Below, piece by piece: positions 51,639 to 63,204 of a DNA stretch of 64,000 nt; positions within the stretch are counted from its first letter, which is position 1; the number at the start of each line of letters is the position of its first letter. The DNA comes from Thermoplasmata archaeon (GTDB taxonomy: Archaea; Thermoplasmatota; Thermoplasmata; Thermoplasmatales; ARK-15). The notes below the pieces were generated by a model. It did no database searches. It saw only the letters and a list, made by a program, of their open reading frames with translations, and was not told the origin of the DNA. The DNA lies in contig JBAMMA010000001.1 of NCBI GenBank assembly GCA_039794005.1, forward strand, positions 94,057-158,056. Reading direction: 5' to 3'. The translations under genes were made by a program, and so were the position numbers.

Positions 51639-54600
51639 TTCATATCACCCAACTGGATTCTCATAACAACTCCTAAACTTATTAATTCGTCCCTCATCAA
51701 CTTAAATGCATAAGAAGTCTCAATAGGATATATGTTGGTTGTATTTCCACAAACAGGACATCTATTTGTTCCTTTCTTCCAGTCATGAATTGCAATGTGT
51801 CCACATTCTGGATTTCCACATACCCATAGAGTTGTTCCATCGGATTGATCCAATAAACGATCTTTAATAACCATGGCAGCACCATGGCCTATTAACGTAT
51901 CTCTCTCCATTTCTCCAAACCTTAATCCCCCGAGCCTTGACCTACCCTCAGTGGGTTGTCTAGTCAGAATTTGCATTGGACCTCTTGATCTCACATGGAA
52001 TTTTCCTGCTACCATGTGGTGCAGCTTCTGATAGAATATTACGCCTATGTAAATATCTGCAACGAATTTTCTTCCAGTAATTCCATCATACATTGTTTCT
52101 CTTCCTGTGTATTTAAATCCATATTTTTCCAATGTCTCTCTCAGTTTTATTTCAGGTTCTCCTGAAAATACTGTTCCATCTACAACCCTTCCTTCTAATG
52201 CCCCTACCTTACCAGCAATCATTTCTAATAAATGACCAACCGTTAACCTTGATGGTATTGCATGTGGATTTATTATTAAATCAGGGATTATTCCATCCTC
52301 TGTAAATGGCATGTCTTCCTGAGGTACAATGGCCCCTAAAACACCTTTTTGACCATGTCTTGAGGCAAATTTATCCCCTAACTCCGGAATTCTCAAATCC
52401 CTTACCTTTATCTTTACAAGTCTATTGTTATTTTCGGATGTTGTTAACATCACACTATCAACAATTCCTGTTTCCTCGGGTCTCATACTGACGCTACTCT
52501 CTCTTCTCTTCTGTGGGCCTAATAAGCCTGGCTGCTCTTCTAAAAATCTCGGCGGTGATGTTTTTCCAACCAGTACATCTCCTCCTTTTACAAATGTTTC
52601 CGGAGATATTAAGCCATCCTCATCTAGGTATGCATAGGCACTTTCCTCTCTTTTACCGCTGACATCTGAGGATGGAATCTCAATTCTATCCTCTTCACCT
52701 CCTGGATATCTTCTTTCCTCAGTCTGATAAGTTCTAAAGAATGTTGATCTGCCAAGGCCTCTCTCTATAGATGCCTTATTCATGATTAATGCATCCTCTA
52801 TATTATAACCATGATATGATAATATTGCCACGACCATATTTTGACCGGCAGGTCTCTGATTATATCCGGTTACATCTATGCTCATCGTTTTCACCAATGG
52901 CTTTTGTGGATAATGCAATAGATGTTGTCTTGTATCAGGCCTTCTCCTATAGTTTGATGATGATAGTCCTAATGATTGTTTTAACATGGCTGCTCCCAAA
53001 GTAACCCTTGAAGAAGAATTATGATCAGGATATGGTATTGAACCTGCAATTGGCCCTAATATTATGCTAGGATCGATTTCGAGATGTGTATGTTCATTGG
53101 TTAACAAATATCTCATATTAAAGGTATTTCCACAATATCTACATTTTAACAGAACGTTATCCTTAGCTTCATTTAAATCAATCCATTCAACATCCTTCCT
53201 ACTTAAGGGAGTATTACAATGTGGACATCTTTCCGGAATATCGTAAGCGTAGATTGCAATGTATGAATTTTCTTCTTCATCGGCGTCCAGCCATTCCAAT
53301 ACCCCTTTATTAAAAAGATCATCAAGCATTATTTCCTTGTTTAAGAATGCCTTTCTCAATTCTTTTGTATACTTTATTTTTCCATCTTCCACCACCATCA
53401 AAGGCCTTCTCAGTCTTCCCCTATCTGAATTGATAATAATTTCATTTGTAAATTCATCATACCTTACATTTACATTATGATCTAATAATCCAGATCTTCT
53501 CTGTTCCCTGATCTGCTTAACTAAATTTCTACCGTCCGGATGGTACCCGATTAAATCTCCATTTAAGTATATTCTTGTCATGTTTCCGGGATCAAAGTCA
53601 TAATATTTTATACCTAATTTTTCAAGCAATTTAATTATTAAATTATCCGGAACATCGTTTGATATGTTAATTATAAGGGCAGCATTTTTGACCAATCCGC
53701 AATTTTGTCCCTCTGGTGTTTCATTTGGACACATTCTTCCCCATTGTGTTGCATGTAAATCTCTTGCCTCAAAGTGTGGTTGGGATCTTGTTAAAGGAGA
53801 TGAGATCCTCCTGAGATGACTTATCATGCTCAGGTGTGATGTCCTATCCAAAAGTTGGGATACTCCCGTGCTTCCTCCTACCCAATTACCAGTAGACATG
53901 GCATGTAGAATCTTTTGTGTAAGCACATCCTGCCTTACTGCGGCCCTTAGCTTAATTCCCTTTTTTCTGTTATATGTTCTTTCCAAATGGTATTTTAAAT
54001 CTTTCAATAGAGATTCAAAAGATTGCCTGAAAATTTCTTCCAAAAGATCCCCAGCCAATTTCATTCTTTTGTTTGCCAGATGGTCCTTATCATCCTCTTT
54101 TCTAATTCCAAAATGCAATTCTAAGACAGCCCTTGCCATTCTGGAAAGATACATGGCCTTTTTTAATCTTGATTCAGGCGTGTCACCTAAATGGGGCAAT
54201 AGATTTTTATCAAGTATTTGTGATATCCTTTTTTCCCTATATTCTCTGGCTTGACCGGCAGCAAACCTTTTTTCAAGATATTCTATCGCATCTTCTTTAG
54301 TTTTAATCCCATTTTCTGAATAATTATCTTCCTTTTCTGCATCTTCTATGTTCGCCAAAATAATTGGTTCCATTCTCGGATCGGTCACTATCATTCTGTA
54401 TATATCTTCATCCCTTTCTAAACCTAAGGCCTTCAGTAAAATAACTAAGGGTATTGTACCATTTATCACTGGTATAGAAACTACTAAGATTCCATCTAAC
54501 TTTTTCTCTACCGTTATTAATGCTCTAAATCCTTCCTTTTCGGAAAATACTTTTGCAGTTTCTACTTTTGTATCATATTTTTCTTCATATTCAACAAGAA

Positions 54601-55264
54601 TTCTGTTTGGAGCTAAATCCTCCAATGTTATTAATACCCTTTCTGTCCCTGAAATAATGAAATATCCTCCTGGATCTTTTGGATCTTCCTGTAATAATTT
54701 TAGTTTTTCTTCATAAGTAAGTTTTTTATCCTGAAACTTTGGATTTCTGAACATCTTTTCTTCAATATATTCATCTATATTGCTAGGATGTAAAACGCAA
54801 AGTTTACTTTTTACCATTATTGGAAGATCACCAATTTTTACTTCCTCCGGTTCATTTTCAACACAATTTTCTCCCTTCTCATCACATTCAATGACCGTAA
54901 ATCTCAATATTATTTCAGCCGAATATGTAAAGTCCTTTAACCTTGCTTCCATAGGGGTATATATTTTATTTGTATCGGATCCTCCCCTTCCTTTTGCGGT
55001 TGATAAATAAACCGTTGGTATTTCATACTCATTATTTTTTAGCCTTTTTCTACCAAACCTTATTTTTATTATTCTGCCTCCTGTTTTAGAGGGATCTAGA
55101 ACCATTTCTCCAGGTTCATCCGCATCAGAAATTCTTGTAGAATCTATTATCTTTTGTAAAATACTGTTTGGATTATCTTCTGTGGGAATAAAGGTGTTGT
55201 AGCTCATCAAATGGTGATCTACAATACTTTTCTCTTTAAAAAACGATTCTATTATTTCATTCAT
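51635..55264 (-). CDS. rpoB: RNA polymerase subunit B (Rpo2), unsplit
   Basis: [37 protein letters not shown]. Confidence 0.98.
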
Positions 55265-55297
55265 TCAACTCACCCTAATATTTATAATTTAAAAATT

Positions 55298-55555
55298 TTA
55301 CTCTTCTTTAACAACTCTATATGTGATAAATACACCGGCGGTTTTACTTGTTCTTACAATTTTAATTACCTTTCCCGGTTTTATTGGGCCATAAATCTTT
55401 TCTAAAACTTTTATAACAGGGTCATTTCTTCTAATTTTAGGTAGAGAATCTTTATCAATTTGCAATTTTTTAAAAAGTTCAATTTCTTCCTCCTCCGATA
55501 ATAGATAATGTTCCGGAACCATCTCATGTTCCAATACATTTATTTTTCTCATCAT
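55298..55555 (-). CDS. rpoH: RNA polymerase subunit H (Rpo5)
   Basis: HEMVPEH, LPKI..DP, IVRTSKTAG..YRVV. Confidence 0.96.
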   Translation of the reverse strand: MMRKINVLEHEMVPEHYLLSEEEEIELFKKLQIDKDSLPKIRRNDPVIKVLEKIYGPIKPGKVIKIVRTSKTAGVFITYRVVKEE

Positions 55556-55568
55556 TTCACCTCTTTAA

Positions 55569-55642
55569 CGGGCCCGGGGGGATTTGAACCCCCGACCCCC
55601 TGGTTAAAAGCCAGATGCTCTACCATGCTGAGCTACGGGCCC
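55569..55642 (-). tRNA. tRNA-Lys (TTT)
   Basis: Reverse complement GGGCCCGTAGCTCAGCATGGTAGAGCATCTGGCTTTTAACCAGGGGGTCGGGGGTTCAAATCCCCCCGGGCCCG; anticodon loop CTTTTAA. Confidence 0.96.
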
Positions 55643-55687
55643 ATAGCTCAAGATTTTTTATCATAATACCGAGATATGATATAAATT

Positions 55688-56395
55688 TTATGAATTATTT
55701 ATCGTCGATTTAAGAATTTTAATTCCTTCTTTTATATCTGGAATTTGACTTATTATTGGATTTATTTCGTATTTCTCTATGTTTATTGCAGTATTCATAC
55801 CTATTGCCACAACATATTTAGGAAGTATTTCTATTGGATCATCATAATATGAAAATATATCAATATAAGTTTCAAAGATCTGGCTTGATAGAAATATAAT
55901 TGCATCAAAATAATTATTCTTTAACTTCATGTAAACATCATAATAATTTGAATAGTTATTTTTATTTTTATATGCATTAACAACATACACTTTTTTAGCC
56001 CTTTTTTCCAAAAATTTGATTAATTCCAAATATGAATTTTCAGCTTTTACTATTAAAACAATTGGTTTTTTACCCAAGCAATTTTCTATCTCCTTTTCAT
56101 CATATTTTTTTATTGTAATAGAATTCAATCCTAGCCTTTTTGATGTTCTATTACCAATGGTAATTATTATTTTATTATTTAAAAATTCAAGATAATTGAA
56201 AATCTGCATTTTGAATAAATCAACAGAAATAGGAGTTGTAAAAATTACCACATTTATCTTATTTGGATTTATATCATTTAAATTTATTCCATGGTATGTA
56301 ATTTCCATTACTTTAACTTGATAAATTTCTACATCATCTATTAAATTATTTATATCTAATATGTTAGAATTTATAATCAATGATTTTATCGTCAA
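55688..56395 (-). CDS. Second, divergent uroporphyrinogen-III synthase-like protein
   Basis: IFTT, TIGNRT, NAYK, KNNYFDAIIFLSS, AIGMNTA; C-terminal half clearly similar to hemD at 17011; TTG start after GGTGA. Confidence 0.75.
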   Translation of the reverse strand: MTIKSLIINSNILDINNLIDDVEIYQVKVMEITYHGINLNDINPNKINVVIFTTPISVDLFKMQIFNYLEFLNNKIIITIGNRTSKRLGLNSITIKKYDEKEIENCLGKKPIVLIVKAENSYLELIKFLEKRAKKVYVVNAYKNKNNYSNYYDVYMKLKNNYFDAIIFLSSQIFETYIDIFSYYDDPIEILPKYVVAIGMNTAINIEKYEINPIISQIPDIKEGIKILKSTINNS

Positions 56396-56523
56396 ATGTT
56401 ATCACCAACCTCTCCCAATTTTCACAATAGATGGAATGTAAAAAATTATTTAATTTTTATTTTTAATATTAGTTTTTTGAGCGAAAAAAAGTTTATCTCT
56501 AAATTGTTATATTGTTATTTAAA

Positions 56524-56952
56524 ATGGAATTCAAATATTTGACGATAGATGATTATGACGAAATTGTAAATTTGTGGAAGGTAGCGGGATTAAAATTTAA
56601 ACCAAATGGTAGGGATAGTAAAACTGAAATTGAAAAACAATTAAAAAAATATCCGGATATGTTTTTGGGCGCATTTGAAAATGATAGATTAATTGGAATT
56701 GTATTATTAACCGATGATGGTAGAAAAGGATGGATAAATCGCCTGGCAGTTCATCCGGAATATAGAAAAAGAGGCGTTGCACAAGAATTAATAAAAAAGT
56801 CAGAAGAACATTTTAGAAAGAGGGGGATATATCTTTTTGCGGCATTGATTGAGGATTGGAATATTCCTTCCATGAATCTATTTAAAAAAATGGGTTACAC
56901 TTTCCATAAAGATATTTACTATTTTTCAAAGAGGGATTCGGATGAATATTGA
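56524..56952 (+). CDS. GNAT family N-acetyltransferase
   Basis: DGRKGWINRLAVHPEYRKRGVA, N..S..LFKKMGY. Confidence 0.9.
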   Translation: MEFKYLTIDDYDEIVNLWKVAGLKFKPNGRDSKTEIEKQLKKYPDMFLGAFENDRLIGIVLLTDDGRKGWINRLAVHPEYRKRGVAQELIKKSEEHFRKRGIYLFAALIEDWNIPSMNLFKKMGYTFHKDIYYFSKRDSDEY

Positions 56953-57784
56953 AGAGATTAAGGAACTTAAACTAAAGGCAAATGAAGTTAGAAGATTGTC
57001 TATTGAAATGATATATAATGCAAAGTCCGGTCATCCTGGTGGTTCATTATCGGCAGCGGAAATTCTGGTTACCCTCTATTTTAAAATTTTGAGAATTGAT
57101 CCAAAAAATCCAGAATGGCCAGACAGAGACAGATTTGTTTTAAGTAAAGGTCATGCATCTGCAGCCTATTATTCTGTATTAGCAATGAAGGGTTATTTTC
57201 CAATGGACGAATTAAAAAACTTCAGGAAAATGAATTCAATGTTACAGGGACATCCAACAATACATATTCCAGGAGTAGATATGACAACCGGTTCATTAGG
57301 ACAGGGATTTAGTGCATCATTAGGCATGGCATTAGCCGGTAAAATTGATAACAAAGATTACAGAGTATTTACGTTATTAGGAGATGGAGAATTGGATGAA
57401 GGAATTGTATGGGAAGCAGCCATGAGTGCAGTTCACAATAAATTAGATAATTTAATTGCAATTGTTGATAGAAACATGTATCAGTTGGATGGAAACACCG
57501 AAAAAATTTTGTCTTTGGGTAATGTGTCAAAAAAGTTTGAAATCTTTGGTTGGGAAGTAATGGAGATTGATGGGCATAGCATTCCTGAAATTTACATTTC
57601 AATCATGGAATTAATGAATAAAAATGGTAAACCAAAGGCCATAATAGCAAAAACGGTAAAAGGGAAAGGTGTTTCTTTCATGGAAAATACTCATGAATTC
57701 CATGGTAAAGCGCCTAATAAAGAAGAATATGAAAAGGCAATGAAAGAATTAGAAGAAGAAAGAATGAAAATATTGAGTGATTGA
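56942..57784 (+). CDS. Transketolase, N-terminal (TPP-binding) subunit
   Basis: SGHPGGSLS, DRFVLSKGH, LQGHP, TGSLGQG, GDGELDEG. Confidence 0.95.
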   Translation: MNIEEIKELKLKANEVRRLSIEMIYNAKSGHPGGSLSAAEILVTLYFKILRIDPKNPEWPDRDRFVLSKGHASAAYYSVLAMKGYFPMDELKNFRKMNSMLQGHPTIHIPGVDMTTGSLGQGFSASLGMALAGKIDNKDYRVFTLLGDGELDEGIVWEAAMSAVHNKLDNLIAIVDRNMYQLDGNTEKILSLGNVSKKFEIFGWEVMEIDGHSIPEIYISIMELMNKNGKPKAIIAKTVKGKGVSFMENTHEFHGKAPNKEEYEKAMKELEEERMKILSD

Positions 57785-57785
57785 T

Positions 57786-58712
57786 ATGGAAAAGGAAAGT
57801 CAAAGAGAATATTATGGTAGGGCCCTTCAGGAGTTAGGACAAGATAAAAGAATCGTTGTTCTGGATGCCGATTTATCATCATCCACACATACAATTATGT
57901 TTGCAAAATTATATCCTGAAAGATTCTTTAACATGGGTATACAGGAACAAAATGAGATGGGTGTTGCTGCTGGATTAGCTAGAAATGGAAAGATTGTTTT
58001 TGCAAGCACATTTGCCGTATTTGCAACTGGAAGAGCTTATGATATAATTAGGCAATCCATTGCATACACAAATTTAAGTGTTAAAATTGTAGCAACGCAT
58101 GGTGGAATAACAGTGGGTGAAGATGGTGCAACCCATCAGGCTTTAGAGGACATTGGAATTATGGCCGGTTTACCAAATATGAGGGTTATTGTACCCGCTG
58201 ACGCACCGGAAACTAAAAGAGTCATTAAAAATATTGCATACATAGATGGGCCATTTTATGTTAGGTTATCAAGAGAAAAAGTTCCTACAATTCTGAATGA
58301 CCATGATTTTGAATTAGGAAGAGGAATAGTATTAAAAGAAGGTGATGATATTACCATAATTTCAACTGGAATTGTGTTATCTATTGTATTGGAAGCTTAT
58401 GAAAAATTAAGGGAATTAAATATCAATGCATCCATATTGCATATGCCATCAATTAAACCCATCGATAGGGATCTGATTTTGAAATATTCTAGAAAGACTG
58501 GGAAAGTTATTACGGTTGAAGAACATAATATATATAATGGACTTGGAAGTAGGGTTTCAGAAATTATAGCAGAAGATGGATATGGAAAGATAAAAAGGAT
58601 AGGTATAAATGATACATTCGGTGAGAGCGGACCAGGCATGGAATTGTTGAATAAATACGGAATCAACGTCCAAAACATTGTTCAAAATGCAAAAAATTTA
58701 TTGAAATTGTAA
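57786..58712 (+). CDS. Transketolase, C-terminal subunit
   Basis: DADLSSS, GIQEQN, GEDGATHQ, PFYVRL, TVEEH. Confidence 0.95.
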   Translation: MEKESQREYYGRALQELGQDKRIVVLDADLSSSTHTIMFAKLYPERFFNMGIQEQNEMGVAAGLARNGKIVFASTFAVFATGRAYDIIRQSIAYTNLSVKIVATHGGITVGEDGATHQALEDIGIMAGLPNMRVIVPADAPETKRVIKNIAYIDGPFYVRLSREKVPTILNDHDFELGRGIVLKEGDDITIISTGIVLSIVLEAYEKLRELNINASILHMPSIKPIDRDLILKYSRKTGKVITVEEHNIYNGLGSRVSEIIAEDGYGKIKRIGINDTFGESGPGMELLNKYGINVQNIVQNAKNLLKL

Positions 58713-58754
58713 AAAGTTATATTTTTCTTTTATATTATTGGGATAGGTGTCATT

Positions 58755-59405
58755 ATGAAGATATTTTTGGATACTGCAAATATCGATGAAATTAAAAAAG
58801 CTATGGAATGGGGAGTATTGGATGGAGTCACAACAAATCCCACACTTGTATCAAAAGAGGCAAACAGAGGTAAGTTCGATGAAATCATAGATGAGATTAT
58901 AAAAACAGTTCCGGGTCCAGTAAGTGTTGAAGTATTTTCCACAGATTTTAAAGGCATGGTAGAAGAGGCTGAAAAAATTGCAGAGAAAGGAAGTAACGTT
59001 GTAATAAAAATTCCAATGGGATTTGAGGGACTAAAGGCAGTAAATTACCTTTCTAAGAAGGGTATTAAAACAAACATGACATTGATATTTACAAGCAATC
59101 AGGCATTACTGGCCGCAAAAGTAGGTGCCACATATGTATCTCCATTTGTTGGAAGATTGGACGATATTGGAGAATATGGTATGAGTATCGTTGAAAACAT
59201 TAAAACGATATATTCAAACTATGGGTTTAAAACCGAGATTATAGTGGCCAGTGTTAGACATCCAATACATGTAATGGAAGCATCGTTAATAGGCGCCGAC
59301 GTTGTTACAATGCCATTTTCGGTATTGGAAAAAATGGTAAACCATCCCAAAACGGATGAAGGAATCGTGAAATTCTTAGAAGATGCCAAAAAAATTAAAT
59401 TTTAA
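58755..59405 (+). CDS. tal: Transaldolase (TalC/FSA type)
   Basis: [36 protein letters not shown]. Confidence 0.93.
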   Translation: MKIFLDTANIDEIKKAMEWGVLDGVTTNPTLVSKEANRGKFDEIIDEIIKTVPGPVSVEVFSTDFKGMVEEAEKIAEKGSNVVIKIPMGFEGLKAVNYLSKKGIKTNMTLIFTSNQALLAAKVGATYVSPFVGRLDDIGEYGMSIVENIKTIYSNYGFKTEIIVASVRHPIHVMEASLIGADVVTMPFSVLEKMVNHPKTDEGIVKFLEDAKKIKF

Positions 59406-59406
59406 A

Positions 59407-62139
59407 TTATTTTTTTATTATATAAATGGAAGGTTTACCTGGCAAAGCGTACCTTCTTTTGTTACCCGGATCTTCGCTAGGATTTATCACAATTTCTGAA
59501 TTAAATATACTTTTAAGATATTCAAGATTCATTTTTATTGCATATTCTTCATCAACATCCATCATGGAAGAATACTGTTGAGCAAGTGCATTCTTTAGCA
59601 GTGTAATCTCATCTTTATTTTTTGCCATTTTAAATGCCTTATTTTTATCTTCTTTTAATATATTTAAAAGATCCTTGGCTCTTTCATCGGAAAGATAGAT
59701 ATAAATTTTTGAAGGTGTTATTTTGGATACATCTATAATGTTTTTCATATCATTTATTAAATTTTCAATGTATTGAATTGAGAGTATTATTTTTTCATCG
59801 TAACTTTTATTTTCATCCAGTTTTTCTAAAGAAATAAAGGTGTTTTTACCTATCCTGTGCCAAAATTCTTCTGCAGTATGTGGAATTATTGGTGCCAAAA
59901 TCTTTAACCAGTCTTCTATTATAAATTTCAAAACACATGCTCTTTTAGATGAATTCTCCCTCTTTTCATAATATTTAACATCGTTTAAGAAGTTGTAGAA
60001 AATCTCTATAACAGCATCTCTAAATTTAAAGGAATTCATGAATTCCAATGCATTTTTATATCTAAGATAAAATATATTAATCAAATAGTTTTCTAAATAT
60101 CCCAACTCTATGGAATCACTGCAATTAATTGTTTCCTCCAAAATATTTATGAATTTTTCCATTTTTCCTCTTAGAGATTTTATTTCATCCTCCTTCCAAT
60201 CTAACAGTTTATCATAATCTGCCGATGAAATTATATATAATCTAAACAGGTCTGCAGAATAACGTTCTGCAATTTGAGCCAATGGGATTACATTTCCCTT
60301 TGACTTAGACATCTTGGTACCTTCTCTGATAAGCATTCCTAAAATCATCAATGATCTTGGATGGTATTTTTCTGGAAATATCGCAGTATGATGGAAAAGA
60401 TAAAAAATAAAATGATTGGATGTGTGGGCATATGAAGATACCCTGAGATCATTTGGATACCAACCTGTAAATCCCTCTTTTATATATTCTGCATTTTCGA
60501 AGGGTTTTTTTCCAAGATCTAAAAATATGTAATCAAAGAAATTTTCGTCCAATTTTTCGTAAGGTATGTTTAATTCCCTGATCCTGTCTATTATTGTATA
60601 AAATGCGGGATATATTGTACTGTCAGAAAGTGATTCTATTATCCATCCACCTTCAAATGGAAATTTCGTTCCCAGACCCCTTCTTCTTACGCATGGTCTT
60701 TCCTTTAACCAATTGTTTACCTCATGAAAGATGGCCTTATAATTTTCTGGATAAAAATTCATTCTATCAATTAATTCATGCGTTTTTTTCTTCCACTCGG
60801 GGTTTGAATAATCTAAAAACCATTGACCTTTGATTATTGCTACAATTACCTTATTTCCACTTCTGGTAACTGCCTTCCTGGAAGTTTCATAAAATATTAT
60901 TGCCATATCGTTTTTCAATAGATATTCCTTTATCTTTTCCTTAGCTTCACTTACCTTCATTCCTCCATAATCTTTTATCCAGCTTGACATTTTACCGAAA
61001 TAATATTCATCTTTGTAAATTATTTTTGTTGCCTCCTCCAGATTTTTGTCAAATTGGTTTTTAATTTTAAATTTATAATAAAGATCTTCAGCTGGAAAAT
61101 CGCTATAACCTTCAATATCTATAATTTTTCTTGGTTTAATTGTAGAATTCAAATCTTTCAATGCAGCGTAATCGTATGGTGCATGTGCTGGAACGGATTG
61201 CACAAAACCTGTTGCATTGTCAGGATCCACAAACCCCGCCGGTAGTATTGGAATATCCTCATCTGTTAATAGATTTTTGGCAAGTTTGTTCACAAAATAA
61301 CTTCCCTTCATTTCATCAATTTTTGTAATTCCTTCCCTTTGATAAATTAATTTTTCATAAGCCTCCTTGCTTACAAAATATATTTCACTGTCATCTTTTA
61401 TTTTATAATATAATGAATCGGGATTAACCCATAGATTGACCACACCAAATGTAGTTTCGGGCCTTAACGTAGCGGCCAATATATAACCGTCCTCAAATTT
61501 ATATTTGATTGCAACGAATTCAACTATTGTCACTTTATCTATATCCCCATCTTTAATATCATCTTCTCCAACGGGATTTCCATCTATGGGTGAATATGTT
61601 ATTGGATAATCACCTTTTTTTAAGTATTTTAAATCGTACAACTTTTTGTATTGCCATTCAACAAATTTATTGTAATATTTTTCTGCCGTGTGAAATTTTT
61701 TTCTCCAATCTATTGAATAACCTAGAGATTCAAAATCTTTTTGTATTTTTTCTGCAAAGAATAGGGCAATTTTCTCTGGATCCACAAAACTTTTCAATAT
61801 TTCCTCAACCTTTGAAGGATCATTTTCGTACATGCCGATGTATTCTCTGTAAAGTTCCAAGGTCTCTTTATTATTTTGCCTTATACTATCCGCAACAGTT
61901 AAAATAGGTGTTCCAGTCACATGAAAGGCCATTGGGAAAAGGACATTGTATCCCCTCATCCTCATATATCTCGCAATGACGTCTCCATAAGTATAAGTTC
62001 TTCCGTGCCCGATATGCAGAGGTCCATTGGAATAAGGATATGGTACCGTGATGAAAAATTTATTTCCACCCGGGGAAGGTTCGAAAATTTTATTTTCTTT
62101 CCATATTTTTTGCCATTTTTTTTCTATTTCAACATTCAT
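59407..62139 (-). CDS. leuS: Leucine--tRNA ligase (archaeal type)
   Basis: PYSNGPLHIGH, ATLRPET, SVPAHAPYD, IESLSDSTIY, KMSKS, PHTAEE. Confidence 0.97.
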   Translation of the reverse strand: MNVEIEKKWQKIWKENKIFEPSPGGNKFFITVPYPYSNGPLHIGHGRTYTYGDVIARYMRMRGYNVLFPMAFHVTGTPILTVADSIRQNNKETLELYREYIGMYENDPSKVEEILKSFVDPEKIALFFAEKIQKDFESLGYSIDWRKKFHTAEKYYNKFVEWQYKKLYDLKYLKKGDYPITYSPIDGNPVGEDDIKDGDIDKVTIVEFVAIKYKFEDGYILAATLRPETTFGVVNLWVNPDSLYYKIKDDSEIYFVSKEAYEKLIYQREGITKIDEMKGSYFVNKLAKNLLTDEDIPILPAGFVDPDNATGFVQSVPAHAPYDYAALKDLNSTIKPRKIIDIEGYSDFPAEDLYYKFKIKNQFDKNLEEATKIIYKDEYYFGKMSSWIKDYGGMKVSEAKEKIKEYLLKNDMAIIFYETSRKAVTRSGNKVIVAIIKGQWFLDYSNPEWKKKTHELIDRMNFYPENYKAIFHEVNNWLKERPCVRRRGLGTKFPFEGGWIIESLSDSTIYPAFYTIIDRIRELNIPYEKLDENFFDYIFLDLGKKPFENAEYIKEGFTGWYPNDLRVSSYAHTSNHFIFYLFHHTAIFPEKYHPRSLMILGMLIREGTKMSKSKGNVIPLAQIAERYSADLFRLYIISSADYDKLLDWKEDEIKSLRGKMEKFINILEETINCSDSIELGYLENYLINIFYLRYKNALEFMNSFKFRDAVIEIFYNFLNDVKYYEKRENSSKRACVLKFIIEDWLKILAPIIPHTAEEFWHRIGKNTFISLEKLDENKSYDEKIILSIQYIENLINDMKNIIDVSKITPSKIYIYLSDERAKDLLNILKEDKNKAFKMAKNKDEITLLKNALAQQYSSMMDVDEEYAIKMNLEYLKSIFNSEIVINPSEDPGNKRRYALPGKPSIYIIKK

Positions 62140-62236
62140 TCAAATTCATAAATCAAAAAGTTATTAAAAAATTTTTTAAATAACAGTGGTAAAAAAACTA
62201 GAAATTTTTAAATAATTATAGAAATCCAAGTAAATT

Positions 62237-63193
62237 ATGAATAGGAATCTTAGGGGCTTAAAATGGTTCTTAAACACTCTTTTTGAAAATGATGATTTTG
62301 AACGGCCGGTTTATGGTTCATATAAAGTAACACATTCATGTAATTTAAAATGTCCATTCTGTAATGTGTGGAATAATCCGGTAAAAATGCTCAATACTAA
62401 AGAGGCATTTAAAATTATAGACAGATTGGCTGAATCAACTATTACCGTATTAAGTTTGGAAGGAGGGGAACCGTTATTAAGGAAAGACATATTAGATATC
62501 ATAAAATATGCACATGACCGATCTTTTTATCTTTTCATGACTACAAATGGACTATTGCTGGATAATTCCCCAATAAAGGAAATGGCAAAATATCTGGATT
62601 TCTTGCATATATCCATTGATGAAGGCCATAACAATCTATTTTTATTGGATAAATTAAAATATTACGTAGATCAAGGATTAAAAATTACAGTTCAAACGGT
62701 TGTTACAAGGAATGACATTAATTCATTGAGGGAAAAGGTAGAGAAGGTATATAGAGCTGGTGCTCGTATACTTATAATGCCTGCTGTACATTTTGATGAA
62801 ACTCCAAATCTATCACCAGATCCTAAAGTATTGCATGATTTACTGTTGGAATTAAAAAAGGAATATAGTGGTACCATCGTCACCAGCTATGCATTTATAA
62901 AAGCTCTAGAAACATCTTATCAATGCCATTCCTATTCTATACAGATAGATGCTAATGGTGATGTGATCTATCCATGCAGTGTTATTGGCAGAAGTATTGG
63001 AAATCTTTTGGAAACGGATCTGGATACTTTATTAAGAAGCGAAAAGGCAGTTGAAGGAAGAAAATTAATGAAATCTTGCAATAGGCAATGTTATTTGTAT
63101 CTCCATGCCGAAACCTCTAATTTTACAAAACCCTCAAACCTAGCATTATTTGTTAAGGATACAATGGAGGGATATTTCTTTAAAAGAAAATAA
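62237..63193 (+). CDS. Radical SAM protein of unknown function (resembles archaeal PTO1314-like family)
   Basis: CNLKCPFC, EGGEPL, TTNG, SID; C-terminal C..YPC..CNRQC auxiliary cysteines. Confidence 0.8.
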   Translation: MNRNLRGLKWFLNTLFENDDFERPVYGSYKVTHSCNLKCPFCNVWNNPVKMLNTKEAFKIIDRLAESTITVLSLEGGEPLLRKDILDIIKYAHDRSFYLFMTTNGLLLDNSPIKEMAKYLDFLHISIDEGHNNLFLLDKLKYYVDQGLKITVQTVVTRNDINSLREKVEKVYRAGARILIMPAVHFDETPNLSPDPKVLHDLLLELKKEYSGTIVTSYAFIKALETSYQCHSYSIQIDANGDVIYPCSVIGRSIGNLLETDLDTLLRSEKAVEGRKLMKSCNRQCYLYLHAETSNFTKPSNLALFVKDTMEGYFFKRK

Positions 63194-63204
63194 AGAAATG
63201 CTGA

